Shown here piece by piece: positions 31,272 to 40,119 of a stretch of 64,000 bases of DNA (within the stretch, counting starts at the first letter, position 1; each line of letters starts with the position of its first letter). The notes below the pieces were generated by a model that had not been told where the DNA came from, did no database searches, and saw only the letters and a list, made by a program, of their open reading frames with translations. Source of the stretch: Flavobacteriales bacterium (lineage in GTDB: Bacteria; Bacteroidota; Bacteroidia; Flavobacteriales_F; PHOS-HE28); NCBI GenBank assembly GCA_020635655.1, contig JACJZI010000014.1, forward strand, positions 622 through 64,621. The letters are read 5' to 3'. The translations under genes were made by a program, and so were the position numbers.

Positions 31272-31781
31272 ATGCGGACGTTGTACCTGACCCGTCACGC
31301 CAAGTCCAGTTGGGACGACCCTCATGGGACCGATCACGAGCGACCGCTCAACCGGCGGGGCGAACGCGACGCACCCTTCATGGCGGAGCGGTTCCGATCG
31401 CGGAGCGAACCTCTGGACTTGTTGGTGAGCAGCACGGCCTTGCGTGCCCTGTCAACTGCCCGCACTTTCGCCGGCACACTGGGGATCCCCACCACCGAGA
31501 TCGTTGAACGACCCGAGATCTACCTCGCGGACCATCGCACGCTCCTCCGTCTGCTGAACAGCCTGCCCGATGCAGCGCACCGCATCATGCTGTTCGGCCA
31601 TGACCCCGGCCTCAATGACCTGGTGAACCATCTCGCAGAGGAGAATGTGGCGCACATGCCCACCTGTTGCACCGCGCGACTTGACCTGGACGTGGAGCGC
31701 TGGGAGGAGGTGGGCATGGGTGCGGGGCGTATCGCTTGGATCGACTTTCCCAAGCGGCATCCCGAACTGGAGACATCCTGA
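31272..31781 (+). CDS. sixA: Histidine phosphatase family protein, SixA-like
   Basis: MRTLYLTRHAKSSW carries the RHG-type catalytic motif. It continues ...ERPLNRRGERDAPFMA...MLFGHDPGLNDLV. Confidence 0.75.
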   Translation: MRTLYLTRHAKSSWDDPHGTDHERPLNRRGERDAPFMAERFRSRSEPLDLLVSSTALRALSTARTFAGTLGIPTTEIVERPEIYLADHRTLLRLLNSLPDAAHRIMLFGHDPGLNDLVNHLAEENVAHMPTCCTARLDLDVERWEEVGMGAGRIAWIDFPKRHPELETS

Positions 31782-31785
31782 CCCC

Positions 31786-33117
31786 CTACCGGAGCTTCAA
31801 CCGAAAGAGCATCGTGTGCTCGTCCGTTCCCGGAGTGCGGTACAGGTAGTACATGGCGCCGTCCCTGATGCGGACCTTCGAGACGAAGGGCTGCGGCACT
31901 TCCGTGACCGCTCCCGGTCGACCATCACTGATGTTCACCGGCCGGACGATGCTACGCCCATTTCGGGAAAGATGGACGTAAACGTTCCGCGACACCGGGT
32001 CCTGGAGATAGGATACCCTCCACCCTTTGGTCTCACAGGCATCGAGTGGTGCGCTCCCCGCATCCTGCAGTCCCAGGGTGAACCGTCGAACGGTCCCGAT
32101 GCTCCTGTCGAACACGCACAGGGTGTCATGCACCACGAAGAGCGGTGCCTCCGGACAATGGAAGTAGATATCTCCAGGAAAGCCGGTCATGTATCCGGCC
32201 ACGACCTGCTTGTCCACGCCAAGTGCCTGACCGAGCCGCATGGCCACCACCTTGTCATGGCCGCTCATGTACTTGTATTGGGACCGGAACAGGGCCATGG
32301 TGTGCGCGTCCTCCACGCTGCAGATCGGTTCGCGCGAACCATCGTACGGATCCATCGCGAAATGATGGAACGCCGGAAAGTCGGGCACGCGGTCGTTCCC
32401 CAGCAAGCGACCGGGAATGCTGTCGGTCCAGGGCAGCACCGCATGGAACAATGAATCCAGCGGGAACGGGTCCACCTGGAGCTGGCCGTTCCTGGAACGC
32501 ACGTGGAACGCGACCTCGATCCCTTCGACGAACACTCCGTCATCACGGGACGGATGCAACCGGACCACCTCGCCAGGCAGCACGATGGAGGCACGGATGC
32601 CCAGGTCCGGGTCCAGCAGGAGCAGCCGCACATCGCGCAGCGGCTTGTTCCCAACGTTCTCCGGGCGCGTGACGAAGCGGGGATGGTCATAGGCGAGCAC
32701 CCAGATGCCTTCACGCGTGGGGAGATGGTCGGCAACGTGGCGCACGGGAGGTCGATAGACCACCTCCGGCCCGGGCCGTTCCACGTCCACCGCAGGCAGT
32801 TCCACCACGCGGGGTCGCAGCATCACCCGGACCGGACCATCCTGGGGTCGGACCAGTGTATCCAGTTCGATGTAGCTGATGTGATGGAACGCGAGCCGCA
32901 CGGAACGCCCCTCCTTGACCTTCAGTTCGAAATATCCCCGCTCATCGGTCGTGGTCCCTCCCCTCCCTCCGACCGGGATCACATGGACCGCTGGGACGGG
33001 CCTGCCCGCGGAGCGGTCATGCACCACACCCCGCAGCAACGTTCCCTGCGCCAGCAGCGTCATGTTCATGGGAAGCGTCAGCAGACCCGGGAGGATATAC
33101 CTTGCGAAGTGGCACAT
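31786..33117 (-). CDS. Secreted protein with N-terminal CarboxypepD_reg-like domain and a ~330-aa C-terminal region of unknown family
   Basis: Start MCHFARYILPGLLTLPMNMTLLAQG is signal-like. It is followed by LLRGVVHDRSAGRPVPAVHVIPVGGRGGTTTDERGYFELKV. I recognise nothing in the rest. Confidence 0.65.
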   Translation of the reverse strand: MCHFARYILPGLLTLPMNMTLLAQGTLLRGVVHDRSAGRPVPAVHVIPVGGRGGTTTDERGYFELKVKEGRSVRLAFHHISYIELDTLVRPQDGPVRVMLRPRVVELPAVDVERPGPEVVYRPPVRHVADHLPTREGIWVLAYDHPRFVTRPENVGNKPLRDVRLLLLDPDLGIRASIVLPGEVVRLHPSRDDGVFVEGIEVAFHVRSRNGQLQVDPFPLDSLFHAVLPWTDSIPGRLLGNDRVPDFPAFHHFAMDPYDGSREPICSVEDAHTMALFRSQYKYMSGHDKVVAMRLGQALGVDKQVVAGYMTGFPGDIYFHCPEAPLFVVHDTLCVFDRSIGTVRRFTLGLQDAGSAPLDACETKGWRVSYLQDPVSRNVYVHLSRNGRSIVRPVNISDGRPGAVTEVPQPFVSKVRIRDGAMYYLYRTPGTDEHTMLFRLKLR

Positions 33118-33200
33118 GATCCATCCATAAGATACGCACCGACCACCGATCGCATACGGCGCGGGTGGTGCGATCCGTTTGTGGTCCAAGCAGGTCCGTG

Positions 33201-33728
33201 ATGCCCCTGCCGCTCAGCCACGATCATTACAAGGTGCTCGGCGTGGACCGCCATGCAAGCCCCACGCAGATCCGGACCGCTTTCCTGGATCGCGCGAAGC
33301 AGTGGCATCCGGACCGCAATCCTTCCCCCCGCGCCACCGAGGCCTTCCAACTGTTGAACAGGGCCTACGACACCCTTCGTGACCCGGGACGACGTGCCCG
33401 TTTCGATGCCCAACTCGCCCACTGTCGGACGGCCCGCAATGGAATAGGGCATCCGCGCGACATCACCGCCCGCATGACGCGCCGACGGTCGACAGCCGGC
33501 GGCGAAGCGGACGTACGGCACTGGACCTTCACCGGCCTGCAGCTCACAGGACTGGCATTCAGTTCGATCCTCGTGCTGGCGACCGTCGGGGGCATCGTGT
33601 TCCGTGGATGGCCCGCATACGTCCTGTTGTTCGACCTGCCCGCCCTTTCGGTGATCCCGGACTGTCTGCGGCTCCGGAGTGTCAAACAGGAAGGCCGGAC
33701 ATCGTCCGGCCCTCCGCAATGTCCGTGA
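33201..33728 (+). CDS. J-domain (DnaJ-like) membrane protein
   Basis: The J domain reads HDHYKVLGVDRHASPTQIRTAFLDRAKQWHPDRNPSPRATEAFQLLNRAYDTLRDP and includes the HPD motif. Two hydrophobic helices sit near the C-terminus (LTGLAFSSILVLATVGGIVF, AYVLLFDLPALSVI). Confidence 0.75.
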   Translation: MPLPLSHDHYKVLGVDRHASPTQIRTAFLDRAKQWHPDRNPSPRATEAFQLLNRAYDTLRDPGRRARFDAQLAHCRTARNGIGHPRDITARMTRRRSTAGGEADVRHWTFTGLQLTGLAFSSILVLATVGGIVFRGWPAYVLLFDLPALSVIPDCLRLRSVKQEGRTSSGPPQCP

Positions 33729-33739
33729 TCGATCCGGGC

Positions 33740-34813
33740 TCAGACCGGCACCCGCACCAACCAACCGAAGGGGTCGTCCACACGTCCGCGACGGATATCA
33801 TCGAGCACCCTGCCGACATGGTTCGCCAATTCCTGCTTTTCCATGGGGGGAAGCGCGAACTCCTCCTCGCCCACGGTGATGCTCTTGATCGGCGCGATGG
33901 TCGCTGCCGTGCCCGCACCGAACGCCTCGCGCATGGTCCCGTCGCGAAGGGCGTTCACCACCTCCTCCACGCTCACCTTCCGCTCCTCGATGGGGATCTT
34001 CTCGGCATGCGCGATGCGCACGATGCTGTCCCGGGTGATCCCTTCGAGGATCGTACCCGATGTGGCCGGTGTGACCAGGGTACCGCCGATATTGAAGAAG
34101 ATGTTCATCGTTCCGCTCTCCTCGATGTACTTGTGCTCGATCCCGTCGGTCCATAGCAGCTGATGGTAGCCGGCATCCTGGGCGAGCTTCGCGGGATAGA
34201 GCGCTGCCGCATAGTTGCCCGCGCACTTGGTCGCACCCGTCCCGCCGGGGAAGGCACGGCTGAACTGCTGTTCCATACGCACGCGCACAGCCTCCTTGTA
34301 GTACGCGCGAACAGGGCAGGTGAAGATGATGAACTTGTAATTGTCGGACGGCTTCACACCGATGTACTCGTCGGAAGCGAACAGGAACGGGCGGATGTAC
34401 AACGCTCCATCATCGCCCTTGGGGATCCAATCCCGGTCCAGGCGCACCAGTTCGGTCAGTGCATCCATGAAGACATCCTCCGGGATCTCCGGCATGCACA
34501 TGCGCACCGCACTGCGGTTCATGCGGGCGATGTTGGCCTGCGGACGGAAGATGACCGCCTCCCCGTTGGAGGAACGGTAGGCCTTCAACCCTTCAAAGAT
34601 GGACTGCCCGTAATGCAGGACCAGTGCCGCCGGGCTCAGCTCCAGATCGGCGAAAGGAACGATGGCGGGCTCCTTCCAGGCTCCATCCACGTAGTCCATC
34701 ATCACCATGTGATCGCTGAACACCCTTCCGAACTTGATGTTGTCCAGGTCGGTCCTGGAAAGGCGGGGATCCTCGGTACGCTGTATGGCTATCTTTTGGC
34801 CGGCTGTGATCAT
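33740..34813 (-). CDS. ilvE: Branched-chain-amino-acid aminotransferase
   Basis: 357 aa. Matching regions include FGRVFSDHMVMMDY...LHYGQSIFEGLKAYR, GGTGATKCAGNYAAAL and EESGTMNIFF. Confidence 0.9.
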   Translation of the reverse strand: MITAGQKIAIQRTEDPRLSRTDLDNIKFGRVFSDHMVMMDYVDGAWKEPAIVPFADLELSPAALVLHYGQSIFEGLKAYRSSNGEAVIFRPQANIARMNRSAVRMCMPEIPEDVFMDALTELVRLDRDWIPKGDDGALYIRPFLFASDEYIGVKPSDNYKFIIFTCPVRAYYKEAVRVRMEQQFSRAFPGGTGATKCAGNYAAALYPAKLAQDAGYHQLLWTDGIEHKYIEESGTMNIFFNIGGTLVTPATSGTILEGITRDSIVRIAHAEKIPIEERKVSVEEVVNALRDGTMREAFGAGTAATIAPIKSITVGEEEFALPPMEKQELANHVGRVLDDIRRGRVDDPFGWLVRVPV

Positions 34814-34838
34814 CTGGAGGGAATAAGATCGATGCGTT

Positions 34839-34846
34839 CAAAGGTA
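34839..34846 (-). promoter_or_regulatory. Bacteroidota-type -7 box (TAccTTTG on the minus strand) upstream of ilvE
   Basis: The plus strand reads CAAAGGTA, an exact TAnnTTTG match on the minus strand, 25 nt upstream of the ilvE ATG at 34813. Confidence 0.4.
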
Positions 34847-34923
34847 ACCAAACCGATCTCGGTGCCGGGTGCTCCATCCCTGACCTGTCGCGGCCGGCAG
34901 CAGGTCCTCAAGCCACTGTTCCG

Positions 34924-36708
34924 TTGAAGGACATCCACCAGGTGCTGCGGACCCATTGGGGGTTCGACGGGTTCCGTCCACTGCAGGAACCCATCGTGCG
35001 CGACATCCTTGCCGGCCGGGACACGCTCGCACTTCTGCCCACCGGCGCAGGCAAGAGCCTCTGTTTCCAGGTGCCCGCCGTGGCCATGGGCGGTACCAGC
35101 ATCGTGATCAGTCCGCTCATCGCCCTGATGCGCGACCAGGTGCTCCATGCCAGGGGGCGTGGGATCACCGCCGCCGCGGTCACCTCCGCGATGTCCAGGC
35201 GCGAGATCGACAACACGCTCGAGGACGCGGCACTCGGCCGTTTCACCCTGTTGTACATCGCGCCTGAACGCATCGGTACCGAACTGTTCCGTGCGCGACT
35301 GCCCCGCATGCCCGTGAAGCAGATCGTCGTGGATGAAGCGCATTGCATCTCCCAATGGGGCTTCGATTTCCGTCCCTCCTACAGAAGGATCCCTGAACTG
35401 CGGGTCCATTTCCCGAACGTCCCCGTCCTGGCATTGACCGCCACCGCAACGCCCGATGTGGTGGAGGACATCCAGGAGCAGCTCGGGTTCCGCGCACATC
35501 ACGTCCGCAGAGCGCCCTTCGCTCGACCCGAGCTCACTTTCTGGGTGGCGCGGGGCGAGGACAAGCATGGAAGGCTCCTGCGCATCGCCCAACGGACAAC
35601 AGGCAGCGGCATCATCTATGTGCGCGAGCGCCGATCGACCCATCGGACGGCGGACCTGTTGGAACATCATGACATCACCTCGGGCACCTATCATGCCGGG
35701 CTCAGTCACGAGGAACGCGATCGCGCGCAGGCCGAGTGGATGGCGGGACGGGTCCGGTTCATGGTCGCGACGAACGCCTTCGGAATGGGTATCGACAAGG
35801 GCGATGTGCGGGTCGTGGTCCACCTGGCCCCCCCCGATGATATCGAGAGCTACTATCAGGAGGCCGGGCGGGCCGGACGCGATGGCAAGTCCGCACATGC
35901 CATCCTTCTCGTGGACGATCAGGATGCCGGTCGCGTACGTGACCGCGTGCGGGCCGCCTTCCCCGACCTATCCCAGGTCAGGCGTGTGTACCAGGCATTC
36001 GCGGACATGCACCGGATCGCGATCGGCACCGGTGCCCTCGAGGCATATCCGCTCGACCTGCGCGCCCTGGCCGAACGGTCCGGTGAGCACGCCGCCACGG
36101 TGATGCACGCCTTGAAGGCCCTTGAGCTCGATGGCACCATCGCCCTATCGGACGGTGCACGATCACCGTCCCGGATCCGCATCCTTGCCTCGCCTGCGAC
36201 CATCCATGCATTGCGGGTGAACGATGCGCGCAATGGTCCGCTCATGGAAACGCTCCTTCGGCTGTACGGTGGCTTGCACGAAGGACCGGTGATCGTCGAG
36301 GAGGAGCGGATCGCACGGACGGTGGGAAGACCGCTCGATGAGGTCCTGGCCGTGCTCCGGGAATGGCATCGCCAGGAGCTCATCGATCATGTTCCCCGGA
36401 ACGACGCACCCCTGGTGACGCTCCTGGTCCCTCGTCGAGATGCCGCCATCATGATGCTCGACCGCAAAGCCCTCGCCGATCGCGAACGAAGGGCATCGAC
36501 GCGGGCGGAAGCGATGATCACCTATTTCGGTCCATCGGTCGATTGTCGTGAACAGCAGCTGTTGACCTATTTCGGGGAACAGTCCCCCGGCGCATGTGGT
36601 CGATGTGACCGTTGTCAGAAAAGACAACGCGACACGACTTCGCCCCTGCACGAACGTGACATCGATGTGGAACGCTGGGCGATCGATCAGGGTGAGCACC
36701 CCGCATGA
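34924..36708 (+). CDS. recQ: RecQ-family ATP-dependent DNA helicase (short form)
   Basis: Motifs include FRPLQEPIV and LLPTGAGKSLCFQVPA (Walker A). The DEAH box is DEAHCISQWGFDFRPSY. Further motifs are ATNAFGMGIDKGDVRVVVH and a C-terminal Cys cluster, GACGRCDRC. Confidence 0.88.
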   Translation: MKDIHQVLRTHWGFDGFRPLQEPIVRDILAGRDTLALLPTGAGKSLCFQVPAVAMGGTSIVISPLIALMRDQVLHARGRGITAAAVTSAMSRREIDNTLEDAALGRFTLLYIAPERIGTELFRARLPRMPVKQIVVDEAHCISQWGFDFRPSYRRIPELRVHFPNVPVLALTATATPDVVEDIQEQLGFRAHHVRRAPFARPELTFWVARGEDKHGRLLRIAQRTTGSGIIYVRERRSTHRTADLLEHHDITSGTYHAGLSHEERDRAQAEWMAGRVRFMVATNAFGMGIDKGDVRVVVHLAPPDDIESYYQEAGRAGRDGKSAHAILLVDDQDAGRVRDRVRAAFPDLSQVRRVYQAFADMHRIAIGTGALEAYPLDLRALAERSGEHAATVMHALKALELDGTIALSDGARSPSRIRILASPATIHALRVNDARNGPLMETLLRLYGGLHEGPVIVEEERIARTVGRPLDEVLAVLREWHRQELIDHVPRNDAPLVTLLVPRRDAAIMMLDRKALADRERRASTRAEAMITYFGPSVDCREQQLLTYFGEQSPGACGRCDRCQKRQRDTTSPLHERDIDVERWAIDQGEHPA

Positions 36709-36721
36709 CACCGGAGGATCG

Positions 36722-37309
36722 ATGAAGTTGGACCGCAGGTTCTATGAGCGCGATGATGTGGTGCGCATTGCCCGGGAACTCCTGGGCAAGGTGTTGCACA
36801 CGCGGTTCGAAGGAGTGCACACCTCCGGGATCATCACGGAGACCGAGGCCTACGCCGGCATCAGCGATCGCGCGTCGCATGCGTTCGGAGGCAGGCGCAC
36901 TGCGCGGACCGAGGTCATGTACGCACGTGGCGGAACGGCCTATGTGTACCTGTGCTACGGTATCCACCATCTGTTCAACGTCGTGACGAACGTGAAGGAG
37001 ATGCCAGAGGCCGTGCTCGTTCGTGGGATCGCACCATTGGATGGGATCGACACGATGCGGAGCCGCCGTGGAGCGAGCGGCATGCCGACCACCACCGGCC
37101 CGGGCATCGCAGCGCAGGCGCTCGGCATTCGGACCTTGCACTCGGGAACGGACCTGCTCGGGGATACGATCTGGATCGGCGACGATGGTCCGATCGTTCC
37201 GGATGCGGCGGTGCGTGTCGGCCCGCGCATCGGTGTGGACTATGCCGGACCGGATGCGCGATCACCCTACCGCTTCGTTGTGACCGACAAGCACGTACTT
37301 CGCGGTTGA
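36722..37309 (+). CDS. DNA-3-methyladenine glycosylase (AAG/Mpg family)
   Basis: The start MKLDRRFYERDDVVRIARELLGKVL is followed by GIITETEAYAGISDRASHAFGGRRTARTEVMYARGGTAYVYLCYGIHHLFNVV. The track ORF from 36596 overlaps the recQ end. Confidence 0.85.
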   Translation: MKLDRRFYERDDVVRIARELLGKVLHTRFEGVHTSGIITETEAYAGISDRASHAFGGRRTARTEVMYARGGTAYVYLCYGIHHLFNVVTNVKEMPEAVLVRGIAPLDGIDTMRSRRGASGMPTTTGPGIAAQALGIRTLHSGTDLLGDTIWIGDDGPIVPDAAVRVGPRIGVDYAGPDARSPYRFVVTDKHVLRG

Positions 37310-38254
37310 ATGGAACTGCCGCGTATCGTATTCCTTGGCACACCCGAGTTCGCCGTGGCCTCGCTGAACGCATTGTTCGCGCATGGCGTTCCGATCGCAG
37401 CCGTGGTGACCGCGCCGGACCGGCCGGCCGGCCGGGGCCGGAAGCTGCGGATGAGCGCCGTGAAGGAGCGGGCGATCGAGTTGGGGGTCCCTGTGTACCA
37501 GCCGATGGACCTGAAGGACCCGGACTTCCTCCGGGAACTGGATCGCTGCGGGGCTTCCTTGTACGTCGTGGTCGCGTTCCGCATGCTACCGGAACAGGTC
37601 TGGGCCAGGCCCGTCATGGGCACGTTCAACCTGCATGCCTCCCTCCTTCCTGACTACCGCGGAGCGGCACCGATCAACTGGGCGATCATGAACGGCGAGC
37701 AGCGTACGGGCGTAACCACCTTCAAGCTGCAACGGACGATCGACACAGGCGATATCCTATTGCAGGAGGAGGTACACATCGGGCCGGACGAAACGGCCGG
37801 CGAACTGCATGACCGATTGATGATCGTCGGAGCCCATCTGTTGGTGCGGACCGTGGAAGGAGCGGCGCGAAGCGACCTTCGCCCGGTGCCCCAGGACCAG
37901 ATCACGCATGGCGCCCTGCATCCCGCACCCAAGCTCACGTCCCTGAACTGTCGGATCGACGTTCAACGCCCCGCGCGCCAGGTGCACGATCTGGTACGCG
38001 GCCTGTCACCGGCTCCGGGGGCCTGGACGACCCTGGTGGATGACACCGGTCGGGAGGGGATGTTCAAGGTGTTGCGCACGCAAATTCGCGACCTGAACGG
38101 AACGCCCGGAACGATCGCGGATATCGGAGGACGACCTGTGCTGCACTGTGGCAATGGCTCGGTGGAACTCATCGAAGTCCTTCCTGAAGGGCGACGCCGG
38201 ATGACCGGGAAGGAATTCCTCCAGGGGCAACGTCGGAGCTTCCGGCTCGTGTGA
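37310..38254 (+). CDS. fmt: Methionyl-tRNA formyltransferase
   Basis: Matching regions are IVFLGTPEFAVASLNAL, PDRPAGRGRK and NLHASLLPDYRGAAPINWAIMNGE. The ATG directly abuts the preceding stop codon. Confidence 0.92.
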   Translation: MELPRIVFLGTPEFAVASLNALFAHGVPIAAVVTAPDRPAGRGRKLRMSAVKERAIELGVPVYQPMDLKDPDFLRELDRCGASLYVVVAFRMLPEQVWARPVMGTFNLHASLLPDYRGAAPINWAIMNGEQRTGVTTFKLQRTIDTGDILLQEEVHIGPDETAGELHDRLMIVGAHLLVRTVEGAARSDLRPVPQDQITHGALHPAPKLTSLNCRIDVQRPARQVHDLVRGLSPAPGAWTTLVDDTGREGMFKVLRTQIRDLNGTPGTIADIGGRPVLHCGNGSVELIEVLPEGRRRMTGKEFLQGQRRSFRLV

Positions 38255-38413
38255 TCGAGATGCCCGGAGACGTGCCTACCCGTTGGTCCAACGGCATCAT
38301 CAAATGTGGGACGACCCGGCTCCCTGAATCCCTTGCTGGGGGCGGGATACAGGCCGAGTTATGAACAAACCCCCTGTTTTTTCAACATTTTCCGGGCCGA
38401 TGCCCGGAAACCC

Positions 38414-38443
38414 TTGACAGGCGCGGCCACCGGAATACATTTG
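38414..38443 (+). promoter_or_regulatory. Candidate promoter of the HU gene: TTGACA-n16-TAcaTTTG
   Basis: TTGACA lies at 38414-38419. An exact TAnnTTTG match (TACATTTG) lies at 38436-38443, about 45-50 nt upstream of the HU start codons. Confidence 0.45.
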
Positions 38444-38492
38444 CTTCCGAGTTCACTCAATCTCACAACCAAAAAACGAACTGAACATGGGC

Positions 38493-38765
38493 ATGAACAA
38501 AGCAGAACTGATCGAGTCGATCGCCGCCGAAGCCAAGATCTCCAAGGCTGATGCCAAGCGCGCCCTCGATGCCTTCGTGAACAACACCACCAAGGCCCTC
38601 AAGAAGGGAGAGCGCGTGGCGCTCGTCGGCTTCGGCACGTTCTCGATCTCCAAGCGCGCCGCCCGCAAGGGCCGCAACCCCCAGACCGGGAAGGAGATCA
38701 AGATCGCGGCCAAGAAGGTCGTGAAGTTCAAGGCCGGCGCCGATCTCGCCAAGAAGGTGAAGTAA
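38493..38765 (+). CDS. hup: HU-family DNA-binding protein
   Basis: Sequence [82 protein letters not shown]. An alternative ATG lies two codons upstream at 38487. Confidence 0.92.
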   Translation: MNKAELIESIAAEAKISKADAKRALDAFVNNTTKALKKGERVALVGFGTFSISKRAARKGRNPQTGKEIKIAAKKVVKFKAGADLAKKVK

Positions 38766-38783
38766 GCATCACCTGATCCATCG

Positions 38784-38819
38784 TGAAAAGGTCCCTCATG
38801 AACGGGGGACCTTTTCTTT
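38784..38819 (+). terminator. Rho-independent terminator after the HU gene
   Basis: GAAAAGGTCCC-loop-GGGACCTTTTC is followed by TTTT. Confidence 0.7.
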
Positions 38820-38839
38820 TGCAGGTCCACTGACGCGCC

Positions 38840-39529
38840 ATGGAAGATCATGATCTCTACGAACGCCTCGCCGCATTCATCACACCACATCGTCGATCAC
38901 TGTTCGATCGCATCGCCCCATTGCGCACACGACATGTCACGGTGGTGCTCGAGGACATCCATCTTTCGCAGAACGCGAGCGCCGTGGTCCGTACCGCCGA
39001 CCTGCTCGGCGTGCAACAACTGCATGTGATCGAATCGAAGAACCGGTTCACCATGAACCCGGACGTTTCGCTCGGCGCGAACAAGTGGGTCGACCTGGTA
39101 CGCTACCCTGGTGTCGATGATCCCGTGCATGCCTGTGTGCAACGCCTCCGACAGGGAGGATATCGGATCGTGGCCACCATGCCGGGCCGGAGTGGGCACA
39201 CACCGGACGACATCCCCATCGACCGACCACTTGCATTCTGTTTCGGAACGGAACTGCTCGGACTGAGCGACGAGTTGATCGACCAGGCCGACCTGTCGTT
39301 GCGCATACCCATGCAAGGGTTCACCGAGAGCTACAACATCTCCGTTTCAGCCGCTATCGTGATGTACACCGTCATGCAACGATTGCATCGGAGCGGCATG
39401 GACACCGCACTGGATGCGTCCGAACAACTCGCGCTCAAGATCCGTTGGCTGCGCGCATCGCTGCGTGATGCGGAGGCGATCGAGCGCCGGATCATCGGGG
39501 ATGATGCGACGGGTACGGATCGATCGTGA
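38840..39529 (+). CDS. SpoU/TrmH-family RNA 2-prime-O-methyltransferase (TrmH-like)
   Basis: 229 aa. Matching regions are VVLEDIHLSQNASAVVRTADLLGVQQLHVI, LAFCFGTELLGLSDE and IPMQGFTESYNISVSAAIVMY (the SPOUT knot motifs). Confidence 0.8.
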   Translation: MEDHDLYERLAAFITPHRRSLFDRIAPLRTRHVTVVLEDIHLSQNASAVVRTADLLGVQQLHVIESKNRFTMNPDVSLGANKWVDLVRYPGVDDPVHACVQRLRQGGYRIVATMPGRSGHTPDDIPIDRPLAFCFGTELLGLSDELIDQADLSLRIPMQGFTESYNISVSAAIVMYTVMQRLHRSGMDTALDASEQLALKIRWLRASLRDAEAIERRIIGDDATGTDRS

Positions 39530-39744
39530 GGTGCATCGTGTGATGATGATCGATGACGCACATTGCGATCGTTCGATGCACCAAAGCGATCACACGACCT
39601 TCTGCATCACCCGCCGGACAAGGTGTTCACGCGTTCCCCATCGATCGCGTCCGCTCGCGGACATCGATCGATCATCGTCGTTCTCAACAAGGATCCGTTG
39701 ACAATTGCAACTTCCGATTTGATGTGCGCGTAACACGTCCCGGA

Positions 39745-39752
39745 TACTTTTG
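39745..39752 (+). promoter_or_regulatory. Bacteroidota-type -7 box TActTTTG upstream of the bTHX-like gene
   Basis: Exact TAnnTTTG match, 26 nt upstream of ATG 39778. A TTTG lies 23 nt further upstream at 39718-39721. Confidence 0.4.
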
Positions 39753-39777
39753 GGTCGAATCCTTAACACTCCATCAA

Positions 39778-40050
39778 ATGGGAAAAGGTGACATGAAGAC
39801 CAAGAAGGGCAAGCGCACCGCCGGTAGCCGTGGCAAGAGCCGCCCCGCGAAGCGCAGGTCCACGGTAGCCGCCGCGAAGAAGGCCGCTGCCAAGAAGAAG
39901 GCCGCGCCGAAGAAGAAGGCCGCCGCCAAGAAGAAGGCCGCGCCGAAGAAGAAGGCCGCCGCCAAGAAAAAGGCCGCGCCGAAGAAGAAGGCCGCCGCCA
40001 AGAAGAAGGCCGCACCAAGGAAGAAGGCCGCCGCCAAGAAGAAGAAGTAA
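39778..40050 (+). CDS. 30S ribosomal protein bTHX-like N-terminus fused to a Lys/Ala-rich (AAPKKKAAAKKK)n tail
   Basis: The start MGKGDMKTKKGKRTAGSRGKSRPAKRR resembles bTHX N-termini (MGKGD..T..GK...G..GK.RP). The rest is an AKKK repeat. The track ORF from 39553 extends upstream through AT-richer non-coding DNA. Confidence 0.7.
   Translation: MGKGDMKTKKGKRTAGSRGKSRPAKRRSTVAAAKKAAAKKKAAPKKKAAAKKKAAPKKKAAAKKKAAPKKKAAAKKKAAPRKKAAAKKKK
39871..40047 (+). repeat. 36-nt tandem repeat, four full copies plus one 30-nt partial copy, inside the bTHX-like CDS
   Basis: The unit is GCCGCGCCGAAGAAGAAGGCCGCCGCCAAGAAGAAG. Copy at 39901-39936; copy at 39937-39972 with 1 substitution; identical copy at 39973-40008; degenerate copy at 40009-40044. 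A shorter related copy lies at 39871-39900. Confidence 0.9.
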
Positions 40051-40073
40051 GGCGACACACCAACAGAAGCAAA

Positions 40074-40104
40074 GACCCCCGCAAGTCGGGGGTCTTCTGC
40101 TTTC
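40074..40104. terminator. Hairpin terminator between the convergent bTHX-like and pdxH genes, possibly bidirectional
   Basis: AGACCCCCG-CAAGT-CGGGGGTCT forms a 9-bp stem. T-rich runs flank it on both strands. Confidence 0.6.
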
Positions 40105-40119
40105 AGTACCTGTGTGCGA

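Noticed and set aside
39871-40047. A regular 36-nt repeat array, considered as a possible CRISPR or other non-coding repeat element.
   Set aside because: There are no unique spacers between the units. The array is in-frame within a CDS and encodes AAPKKKAAAKKK. It is a coding minisatellite, reported under features and findings instead.
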